Below, piece after piece: positions 17,237 to 24,762 of a stretch of 32,000 bases of DNA (positions are counted from its first letter, which is position 1; every line of letters starts with the position of its first letter). A program made the translations under genes and the position numbers. Under the pieces are notes generated by a model. It searched no databases. It worked only from the letters and a program-made list of their open reading frames with translations, and was not told the origin of the DNA. The stretch lies in the NCBI RefSeq assembly GCF_000619845.1, contig NZ_JHUX01000003.1:1690064-1722063 (forward strand). Reading direction: 5' to 3'. This DNA is from Alkanindiges illinoisensis DSM 15370. Its GTDB lineage: Bacteria; Pseudomonadota; Gammaproteobacteria; Pseudomonadales; Moraxellaceae.

Positions 17237-17959
17237 TTAATCCAGCCTTGATAACTGCCGTATTCGATTTAAATCAATAATACGCACCTGACTATAATTC
17301 CACTCAATAATTCCTTCGGCAAAAAACCATTGCAGGCTTTTATGCAGGGTTTGTCTGGAAATATTAAATTGCTCGGCAAAATCCTGCTGGCGGATTTTTA
17401 AATGAATCAGGCCGGGATGGTTTTTTACCTCACCATACTGGCTATATAAGCGGTTTAAATAATAGGCAATCTTCTGGGTTAAACTGGCAGTCTGGATATA
17501 GCGGCTTTGTTCAAATAATCCATACATACGTTGGCTCATTAACTGCAACACCTGCCAGAGGGCCAGGGGCTGCTGCCTGAGTTGCTGGATATATACTGAT
17601 CCGGGCAATATGGCAATTTCAACCTGCCCCATGCTAAAAAAATCATAATTGACAGCCTGATGCTGTAATACCGCCACCAGATTAAACACAGAATGCTGGG
17701 TCATATAATCACTGATCTTGAGCTGGCCATCCTGTTGCAACCAGCCCACTTGCAAGGTGCCTTTTAACAGCACATAAATGTCTTCGACCACTTGCTGATG
17801 TGCTAACAGCAATTGTCCCGAATTAAATTTTTTAACAATAGCTTGATCACACAGCGCCTGCTGAGCGTCCTGACTGAATGCGCTAAACGCCGCATCCTGC
17901 TGTAAAATTGCACTCAGCCGTTGCCGTGCGTTAGGCTCACTATCCTGATGAAACATCAT
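17237..17959 (-). CDS. Crp/Fnr-family transcriptional regulator
   Basis: 240 aa. An N-terminal cNMP-binding-like beta-roll is followed by a C-terminal HTH (RQDFAEQFNISRQTLHKSLQWFFAEGII). No Fnr-type N-terminal Cys cluster. Confidence 0.8.
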   Translation of the reverse strand: MMFHQDSEPNARQRLSAILQQDAAFSAFSQDAQQALCDQAIVKKFNSGQLLLAHQQVVEDIYVLLKGTLQVGWLQQDGQLKISDYMTQHSVFNLVAVLQHQAVNYDFFSMGQVEIAILPGSVYIQQLRQQPLALWQVLQLMSQRMYGLFEQSRYIQTASLTQKIAYYLNRLYSQYGEVKNHPGLIHLKIRQQDFAEQFNISRQTLHKSLQWFFAEGIIEWNYSQVRIIDLNRIRQLSRLD

Positions 17960-18071
17960 AAAAATAAAAAATGACTTAATCCGGTTAAGACTAAGCCACG
18001 ATGTTTTATTGATAAAATATTATTTTTAAAAATGCTATGTACTAATTAAGATTAAAGCAGGCAATTTAAAC

Positions 18072-19088
18072 TCAGGATGCCTTTTCATAAATCCGTCCTT
18101 CCTCTGAACGTAAATTGGAAATATCCTGATTTTTGACATTCTTGATCACCTGACTTGGACGGCCATCTACCCCAACCGGGATATCTCCCTCAATCGTTAC
18201 CCGGGAAGCCACCCGCAGCGCATCGCCATAATCATTGATGGCACGATGCTGGGTAGCACGATTATCCCAAATCGCCACATCACCTACGGCCCAGCGCCAG
18301 CGCACAATGTTTTCCCACTGGGTAATATGATTCTGGAATTCCTCAAATAAATAGCGCGAATCCGTGCTATTTAGTCCACTAAAACGCTTAAAAAAATGGC
18401 CAAGTACCAGTGTTTTTTCACCTGTTTCAGGATGCACACGCACCAGCGGATGTTCGGTTTCAATTTCTACCGCAGTCCTGAACAGTTTGCGGTTTTCTAC
18501 CGTATTTTCAGCATGATGCGGTACACCATGATCGGCATAATCATAGGCATTGGTATGCACTGCCCTTAAGCTATCCGCCAGCGTCTTTAACACTGGGGGT
18601 AAGCCTGCATAAGCTGAAGTGGTGTTTGCCCAGACTGTATCACCGCCCACATCCGGGGTTACCACATTTCTTAAAATCGAGGCTTTAGGATAATTGGGCA
18701 AAAACGTAATATCGGTATGCCATGAATCAGCACGGCCACCGCGTGAATCAATCGACAAGGTATGCGCTGTGCCATCTTTAATCGGGACACTCGGATGATT
18801 TAACGGATTGCCCAGTAAACTGGCAAATGCTTCCTGCTCCAAATCGGTTAAATGTTGCTGGCCCCGAAAGAAAATGACTTTATGTTTTAATAAGGCATGC
18901 TGAATTTCTGATACCACATCACTGCTTAAATCACCTGCCAGTTTTACACCAGAAATTTCGGCACCGATTCGTACGGTAACGGGATTTACCTGAATATGCT
19001 GGTACTGATATTCGGGATTATAGGCATGATCTGCATGGCTAGGTATATGGGTGTGGACATCGGTATTGGCGATTGCTAGCTGGCTCAT
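18072..19088 (-). CDS. TauD-family Fe(II)/2-oxoglutarate dioxygenase (taurine dioxygenase / AtsK alkylsulfatase-like)
   Basis: Canonical TauD motifs SWHTDITF (HxD), [20 protein letters not shown] and a distal His/Arg region. It also has a His-rich N-terminal extension of about 30 aa ([23 protein letters not shown]). No internal Met or Cys in 338 aa. Confidence 0.85.
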   Translation of the reverse strand: MSQLAIANTDVHTHIPSHADHAYNPEYQYQHIQVNPVTVRIGAEISGVKLAGDLSSDVVSEIQHALLKHKVIFFRGQQHLTDLEQEAFASLLGNPLNHPSVPIKDGTAHTLSIDSRGGRADSWHTDITFLPNYPKASILRNVVTPDVGGDTVWANTTSAYAGLPPVLKTLADSLRAVHTNAYDYADHGVPHHAENTVENRKLFRTAVEIETEHPLVRVHPETGEKTLVLGHFFKRFSGLNSTDSRYLFEEFQNHITQWENIVRWRWAVGDVAIWDNRATQHRAINDYGDALRVASRVTIEGDIPVGVDGRPSQVIKNVKNQDISNLRSEEGRIYEKAS

Positions 19089-19242
19089 TTTAAATAACCT
19101 CTGTAGATTCTAATAAACAGCTTTTTACTGTCTCTGTTAATGATTATGCCAACAACTCACCTTAACTCTGTCAAATTATTAACATTATCTAGAATAAAAA
19201 ATTAATAGAATATCTATTATGATCAATAGGAAAATTAAAAAT

Positions 19243-19291
19243 AAAAAAACCTGCCAATCCTACATTTTATTGTAAAACTGGCAGGTTTTTT
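19243..19291 (-). terminator. Rho-independent terminator after the aldo-keto reductase gene
   Basis: AAAAAAACCTGCCA...(22-nt loop)...TGGCAGGTTTTTT. The stem is flanked by an A-run and a T-run. Confidence 0.75.
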
Positions 19292-19410
19292 AAAGTGTTC
19301 TATGGCTATTTTAGTTTGATACCAAATAATCGTTATAATATTATCGGTAAAAAGTATTTAATTCGTATTCACCAATAACTAGTTTATCTATAGCCACTCA
19401 TTTTAATTGA

Positions 19411-20460
19411 TCAAGGGCTTGGATTTGGGAACAACTGGTGAATCCTTTCAATCTCCTGCAACACCTCATCAGATAAGCGCACATCAATACTGTCAATATC
19501 CGTTTTAAGCTGCGCAAGGTTGGTTGCCCCAATAATATTGCTAGTTACAAAACGGCGGGTGTTGACATAAGCCAGCGCCAGCTGTGCCGGGTCAAGGCCA
19601 TGGGCTTGGGCTAAATCAACATAGGCCTGGGTTGCCTGTTCTGCATTCTCGCTTTTATAGCGGGCAAACCGTTCAAACAGCGTGATTCTGGCGCCTGCTG
19701 GCTTGGCACCATTGAGGTATTTCCCGGTTAAATGCCCAAACGCCAGTGGTGAATAGGCCAGTAAACCCACATTTTCACGAATGGAAATTTCGGCATTGCC
19801 AATTTCAAACGTACGGTTGAGCAAGCTATAGGGATTCTGTATGGAAACAACCCGGGCTAGTCCTTGCTGCTCGGCAATGCGTAAAAACTGGTTAACCCCC
19901 CACGGCGTTTCATTGGACAGGCCAATATGCCGGATCTTGCCTGCCTTCACCAGATCATCCAATACCTGCAGGGTCTCTGCAATCGGTACAGTGTCTTCAT
20001 CCTCGACGTGTTCATAGCCCAGTTGACCAAAAAAATTGGTGGTTCGATCAGGCCAGTGCAACTGGTATAGATCAACATAATCAGTTTGCAAGCGCTTTAA
20101 GCTGTCATTAAGTGCCGCTTCGATATTGGCACGGTCATGACGGGTTTGGCCGCCACGCACGTTTCCGGCCTGTCCAGCATTACGCACCCGTCCTGCCACT
20201 TTGGTTGCCAGGATGATCTGGCCGCGTTTTCCTGTTTTTTGCAGCCATGTTCCAATATATTTTTCGGTTGAACCCTGTGTTTCCGGGCGTGGCGGCACCG
20301 GATACATCTCGGCCGTATCAACCAGATTCACCCCCTGCCCAATGGCATAATCCAGTTGCGCATGCGCCTCGGCTTCAGTGTTTTGCTCGCCCCATGTCAT
20401 CGTACCTAATGCAATCACACTGACATCAATATCGGTTGTACCCAGTTTTCTATATTGCAT
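19411..20460 (-). CDS. tas: NADP(H)-dependent aldo-keto reductase, Tas-like
   Basis: 349 aa. From memory it is collinear with E. coli Tas (MQY..., GTMT.GEQN.EA.AHAQLDYA..QG.NL.D.AEMYPVPPRPETQG.TE.Y.G.WL, LKRLQTDY.DLYQ.HWP, IQNPYSLLNR.FE.G.AE, LTGKYLNGAKPAGAR.TLF.RF.RY). I did not run an alignment. Confidence 0.8.
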   Translation of the reverse strand: MQYRKLGTTDIDVSVIALGTMTWGEQNTEAEAHAQLDYAIGQGVNLVDTAEMYPVPPRPETQGSTEKYIGTWLQKTGKRGQIILATKVAGRVRNAGQAGNVRGGQTRHDRANIEAALNDSLKRLQTDYVDLYQLHWPDRTTNFFGQLGYEHVEDEDTVPIAETLQVLDDLVKAGKIRHIGLSNETPWGVNQFLRIAEQQGLARVVSIQNPYSLLNRTFEIGNAEISIRENVGLLAYSPLAFGHLTGKYLNGAKPAGARITLFERFARYKSENAEQATQAYVDLAQAHGLDPAQLALAYVNTRRFVTSNIIGATNLAQLKTDIDSIDVRLSDEVLQEIERIHQLFPNPSP

Positions 20461-20474
20461 TCATTTAATCCTGT

Positions 20475-20518
20475 AAAAAATGCCTGAAACCATCAGTGTT
20501 TAGGGTTCAGGCATTTTT
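20475..20518 (-). terminator. Rho-independent terminator after the nitroreductase locus
   Basis: Minus strand reads AAAAATGCCTGAACC-ctaaacactgat-GGTTTCAGGCATTTTTT. The stem has one bulge and a T-run follows. Confidence 0.7.
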
Positions 20519-20524
20519 ATTGAT

Positions 20525-21154
20525 TCATCTATTCGTTAAATAAAAATTTTCCTTCGGCCACAAAACGATCAATTGATCGTCGTGGCGTCGGTTGTTGTCG
20601 GTTAGTTGTGCTCTAGCCTGCAAGCCTTGCGGCAAATGATCTTTACTGCCTTGCTGACCAATCACAATAATCGCTTCCAGTTGATAGTCTTCAGGAATAT
20701 GCAAACGCTGGCGTACCTGTGCCTGATCATAACCACCAATTGCATGGGTATGCCAGCCTTTCAAGGATGCCTGCAAGGCCAGATGCGCCCATGCTGCGCC
20801 TGTATCAAAGGAATGACTGGTTAAATTCACTGCATCCTGCTGATTTGGCGGCAAAAATGTCTTTTTTGACAAGACCAGTACCAGCGCTGAAACCTGTGCT
20901 GCCCATGACTGATTATATTCAGACAGGGTTCCAAATAATGTATTCCAGTGTGGCGTATTGGTAAGCGCATAAACAAAACGCCACGGCTGTGAATTCTATG
21001 CCGACGGCGCCCAGCGTGCAGCCTCAAAAAACTGTTTTAAGGTTACATGGTCAATTTCTGTCTGTTTAAAACCACGGGGTGACCAACGCTGTACAAACAG
21101 TGCGTCCACCTCATGCGCTGGTTGGCGCTGCTCTGCCTCAAATAAAACGGACAT
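20525..21154 (-). pseudogene. Nitroreductase-family flavoprotein gene interrupted by a single in-frame TAG at codon 53
   Basis: ATG 21154 (GGAG 8 nt upstream, 15 nt after the monooxygenase stop) opens MSVLFEAEQ...FVQRWSPRGF...FFEAARWAPSA. A TAG follows at 20996-20998, and the same frame continues NSQPWRFVYAL...SHSFDTGAAWAHLALQASLKGW.THAIGGYD... to the stop at 20525. The stop falls inside the conserved APSxxNxQPW motif. The track shows only the distal 115-aa piece. Confidence 0.8.
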
Positions 21155-21169
21155 TTTATTGTCTCCAGC

Positions 21170-22519
21170 TCAAGACGCTTTGGCCGCATGCTTTGCCAGC
21201 ACATACTGGTTTTCTGGACGTGCCAAGCCCAGATTTTCCCTTAAGGTCTTGCCTTCGTACTCGGTGCGGAACAGGCCACGACGCTGCAGCTCTGGCACCA
21301 CTAGATCAACAAAATCATTCAAACCGCCGGGTGTGGTCGGTGGCAATACGTTAAAGCCATCCGCAGCTTCATTTTCAAACCATTCCTGTAACTGGTCTGC
21401 CACCTGCTCAACCGTACCAATGAGCTGCCAGTGTCCGCGCACTCCTGCCACCCACTCATACAACTCGCGGATGCTGTAATTATTTTTCTTGGCAATATCA
21501 ATAATCAGGGCACGACGGCTAATCTGGGTTTCGGTTTCTGGCAATTCAGGCAATGGGCCATCCAGATCATACTTGGACAAGTCCCAGCCGCCTGTTAAGC
21601 CACTGAGCAAGGCAAGCCCTGCTTCAGGACGAATCAGTCTGGTAACTTGCTCATATTTTTCCCGTGCCTCTGCTTCGGTTTTCCCCACAAAAGCTGATAC
21701 TCCAGGCAGAATAAGCAGCTCTTCAGGGTGGCGGCCATATTTGGCTAAACGGCTTTTAACATCACGGTAAAACGCCTGCGCACTGGTTAGATCCTGATGC
21801 GCCGTAAAAATTACTTCAGCATAGCGGCCAGCCAGTTCACGGCCCGGCTCAGATGAACCTGCCTGCACAATCACCGGATAACCCTGAGGCGAGCGTGGCA
21901 CGTTTAGCGCACCTTTGACCGAGTAATATTTGCCCTTATGGTTAGGATGATGCAGCTTATCAATATCATAAAAAATGCCAGTGTCCTTGTTATATAAAAA
22001 CGCATCATCTTCCCAGCTATCCCAGAGCTTCTGAATCAGCTCAACATATTCCTGCGCCCGCTCATAACGGTCAGCATGGGTAGGCTGCTTGTCATAACCG
22101 AAATTATAAGCCGCAGATTCTGATGCGGTAGTCACCACATTCCATGCTGCCCGTCCATTGCTAATGTGATCCAAGGAGGCAAACTTGCGCGCCAGCAAGT
22201 ACGGTTCTTCGTAGGTTGAAGATGCTGTTGCAATAAAACCGATATGCTTGGTTACAGCGGATAATGCAGCAAACAATGTGACTGGTTCAAAGCCTGCCAC
22301 TTTGTCACTCACGCCAATGGTTTCACTGGCACCGAAATTGACCGATAAACCGTCTGCCAGAAAATAGGCATCAAACAAGCCACGCTCGGCGGTCTGGACA
22401 ATTTCCTTCACATATTCAAAATCCAGCGCGCGTGCTGGCTGGGACTCCGGCAATCGCCATGCTGCTACATGCTGGCCGGTGGTTGGAATAAATGCCCCTA
22501 ATCGAATTTTTCTGCTCAT
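21170..22519 (-). CDS. FMNH2-dependent monooxygenase, luciferase-like (NtaA/SnaA/DszA/SoxA subfamily)
   Basis: The N-terminus (IRLGAF..TTGQHVAAWR.P, LDFEYVKEIVQTAERGLFDAYFLAD), the roughly 450-aa length and the C-terminal region are typical of the DszA/NtaA group. I prefer ATG 22519 (GGAG 9 nt upstream) to ATG 22534 (no SD). Confidence 0.85.
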   Translation of the reverse strand: MSRKIRLGAFIPTTGQHVAAWRLPESQPARALDFEYVKEIVQTAERGLFDAYFLADGLSVNFGASETIGVSDKVAGFEPVTLFAALSAVTKHIGFIATASSTYEEPYLLARKFASLDHISNGRAAWNVVTTASESAAYNFGYDKQPTHADRYERAQEYVELIQKLWDSWEDDAFLYNKDTGIFYDIDKLHHPNHKGKYYSVKGALNVPRSPQGYPVIVQAGSSEPGRELAGRYAEVIFTAHQDLTSAQAFYRDVKSRLAKYGRHPEELLILPGVSAFVGKTEAEAREKYEQVTRLIRPEAGLALLSGLTGGWDLSKYDLDGPLPELPETETQISRRALIIDIAKKNNYSIRELYEWVAGVRGHWQLIGTVEQVADQLQEWFENEAADGFNVLPPTTPGGLNDFVDLVVPELQRRGLFRTEYEGKTLRENLGLARPENQYVLAKHAAKAS

Positions 22520-22584
22520 ACTATTTAGCTCCATAGCTCAAAGAACGCATGCTTAAAAAGCACTGAGGTTGCCTATGGATATAT

Positions 22585-22600
22585 GACAATTTCCATGCCA
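22585..22600 (-). promoter_or_regulatory. Candidate sigma-54 promoter of the monooxygenase/nitroreductase operon
   Basis: Minus strand reads TGGCATGGAAATTGTC, i.e. TGGCAT-N5-TTGT. It shares the first 9 nt (TGGCATGGA) with the element at 3656. It lies about 65 nt upstream of ATG 22519. Confidence 0.55.
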
Positions 22601-22802
22601 TTATTTTTTTAATAATTTTCAGCAGTTTATGTTTTATTTAAATAGTAGTTGATGAATTAACAACATAAATTTGCTTGGGATATGCTGAATTAGCAACAAA
22701 CTCATAATTTACTGGTCAATATTAAGAGCCGCGACTTTTCAGTCTAAGGACTATCCACATAAACAACTTAGCATGCCAATAGACTTATTAAAGCCCATCC
22801 TA

Positions 22803-23555
22803 CTACTCGATATTGCAGGGGTCATCTGTACTATTTACATCTGATTGAACAGAATCAGCCGATGTTGAAGAGGAATCATCATCGCTTGGCTCTGCACGAA
22901 TACTGGTCTGAAGAGCATCACATTGAGACTGGTGATCTTTTTTTAGCGAAATATCAGCTGAATATTGAGTTTCATAGCTGATTTGATAGTTAAGCTGCCA
23001 TTGCTGAAGTTGTTTTGGCAAATCAAATTTAAACTCGTAGGTTTTACATTCATGTGGTTGAATAATGTGGATCGATTCGCCACTGGAACAGCTAAACTGC
23101 TGATTACTAAAGTGCTCATAGCCTTGATCGTCAACCAACTTAAATGGCAATGCACAGGCATTATGATATTCATACATGATGTGTGAGGTGGTATTTTGCA
23201 CCCTGATTTGCAGAACCATATTGGTCGGGTCTATATCAGTAACTTTTGGAATGATACGTTGTTCACCCGCTGGAATCACTTGACCGGTTTCTTTATCAAT
23301 AAAACGGAATGAACGCTGTATACCTGCACAGTTTTGCTGGGCATTGTCAGGATAAGTCACCTTATAGAAATCAGGCTTAAAAACCACATGACCCTGACCC
23401 GGCAAAGTAGGCGGAATCGTGCTGCCTGTGCTAGGGCTACCCGTACCTGTGCCTCCCAGGCTTACTCCACCTGCGCTTAAAGGGTTATCTTCGTTACCAC
23501 AGCCTGTAAGTAAACATAATCCATATACCGAGCAGACAAGTATAAACTTCTTCAC
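22803..23555 (-). CDS. Hypothetical lipoprotein
   Basis: GTG start. Signal peptide with lipobox MKKFILVCSVYGLCLLTGC, then a Gly/Ser/Thr/Pro linker and a body of about 150 aa that looks beta-rich with several Cys. The tail is acidic and Ser/Asp-rich (EPSDDDSSSTSADSVQSDVNSTDD). I do not recognise a family. Confidence 0.6.
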   Translation of the reverse strand: MKKFILVCSVYGLCLLTGCGNEDNPLSAGGVSLGGTGTGSPSTGSTIPPTLPGQGHVVFKPDFYKVTYPDNAQQNCAGIQRSFRFIDKETGQVIPAGEQRIIPKVTDIDPTNMVLQIRVQNTTSHIMYEYHNACALPFKLVDDQGYEHFSNQQFSCSSGESIHIIQPHECKTYEFKFDLPKQLQQWQLNYQISYETQYSADISLKKDHQSQCDALQTSIRAEPSDDDSSSTSADSVQSDVNSTDDPCNIE

Positions 23556-24206
23556 TAAATCATCTCTATCACAGCGTCATGGTAAATCTTTTACTGTTCA
23601 AACTTTTTAAAATTATTCAATTGTTAAGCTGAATACCAGTAAAGCGAAATAACAGCATAGCAAAAATGTTCACACAACACATTTTTTATTTTTAGCGGGG
23701 TTCAATTATTTTATAAAAGGCTAAAAGTTAAATATTATGCAGACTATGTAGTATGGCCTTTAATGCCTCAGTTTTAAATTTTTTATTTTTAAAATCAAAA
23801 TATTATTTATAGGATCACATCATTAAGTATTCTGTTTATCCTCACGTTATGAAGTTTCAGATATATAACTCATCAGATAAAAACGCTGTAATGCACCAAA
23901 AACATTAGTATTGTGATTACATTATCCTCTAGAAGAAAATGCCAAACTGTTTTGAGTCATCATTTCGCATAGGTGAATATGTCTAACGCCTTTTTAATTA
24001 ACTGATTTAATTTTTATTTTCTTTGTTCGTTACTACAATATCTTTTATTAACCAGTATAAAGTCAAGATAAAACAGATGACTGCAAATATATTCAAAATC
24101 ACGATTAGTATTGGCATTTAAGCTATCCACTATCACAAGCAACTTTAAATTGCATGCCATTGATTATTCTTACTCAAATTCATTTGAGAATTACTGTTAA
24201 CCTATT

Positions 24207-24235
24207 AAAAAGCCCTGAATTACTCAGGACTTTTT
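24207..24235 (-). terminator. Rho-independent terminator downstream of the BamE-like gene
   Basis: Minus strand reads AAAAGTCCTGA-gtaat-TCAGGGCTTTTT. There is one mismatch in the stem, and a T-run follows. Confidence 0.65.
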
Positions 24236-24260
24236 AATCATTAATAGTGCGTAAAACCTT

Positions 24261-24284
24261 CTAATTCATGGAATTAGTTTTTTT
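24261..24284. terminator. Short hairpin with a T7 run on the plus strand, next to the stop of the BamE-like gene
   Basis: CTAATTC-atg-GAATTAG-TTTTTTT. By its T-run it would terminate a plus-strand transcript coming from the AT-rich gap. On the minus strand it is the first of two tandem hairpins after the stop at 24304. Confidence 0.4.
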
Positions 24285-24303
24285 ACTATTAATAAAAGCT
24301 CAG

Positions 24304-24696
24304 TTAAGTTGTCGCATTTACAAGGTCAGCACAGCTTTGATCTTTCCAGCTCAACTGTTGAACCTGGTTATGCTTATCAAAGTTAATTCTTAGCTGACAG
24401 TTCTGGTATTCCTTAGAGCCTGACTGCTGTAGCCCAATGGCATAATTCCATGTCTTGGGGCTAAAAATCCCCTCACGGAAATGAGGATTACCTAACAACT
24501 GTCTTACCTGGTCCTTATGCAGGCCAATATCCAGTTTTTGTACCTGGCTAACATCGTAGCGTTGCAGGCCTTTTAATGGACTTTGGGCGACAGATGGAAA
24601 TGCTTCCGGTTGCTGCGGCGTGAACATCGGAACGCTACTGCATGCTGACAAACCAACCACACCAGCGAATACCATACTTTTCAGAATAATTTTCAT
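24304..24696 (-). CDS. Outer-membrane lipoprotein with a single SmpA/OmlA (BamE-like) domain, adhesin-associated
   Basis: ATG 24696 (GAGAGA upstream) gives MKIILKSMVFAGVVGLSAC, a leader with lipobox LSAC. The body has a BamE/OmlA-like core (GLHKDQVRQLLGNPHFRE...WNY). It lies 66 nt downstream of the adhesin stop on the same strand. Confidence 0.7.
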   Translation of the reverse strand: MKIILKSMVFAGVVGLSACSSVPMFTPQQPEAFPSVAQSPLKGLQRYDVSQVQKLDIGLHKDQVRQLLGNPHFREGIFSPKTWNYAIGLQQSGSKEYQNCQLRINFDKHNQVQQLSWKDQSCADLVNATT

Positions 24697-24721
24697 AGTT
24701 TTTTCTCTCAAATCGGTTGAA

Positions 24722-24750
24722 AGAGGTGATTCAGAAACTCAATCACCTCT
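24722..24750 (-). other. Perfect 10-bp hairpin between the adhesin gene and the BamE-like gene
   Basis: AGAGGTGATT-cagaaactc-AATCACCTCT. No clear T-run follows on the minus strand. Confidence 0.5.
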
Positions 24751-24762
24751 CCGGTCCATGCC

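Noticed and set aside
22768-22785. Second sigma-54-like element, TTGGCATGCTAAGTTGTT (minus strand), about 250 nt upstream of the monooxygenase.
   Set aside because: The TTG falls one nucleotide too far from the GG (N6 instead of N5). It also abuts the stop codon of the lipoprotein gene. The 22585-22600 site is better on both counts.
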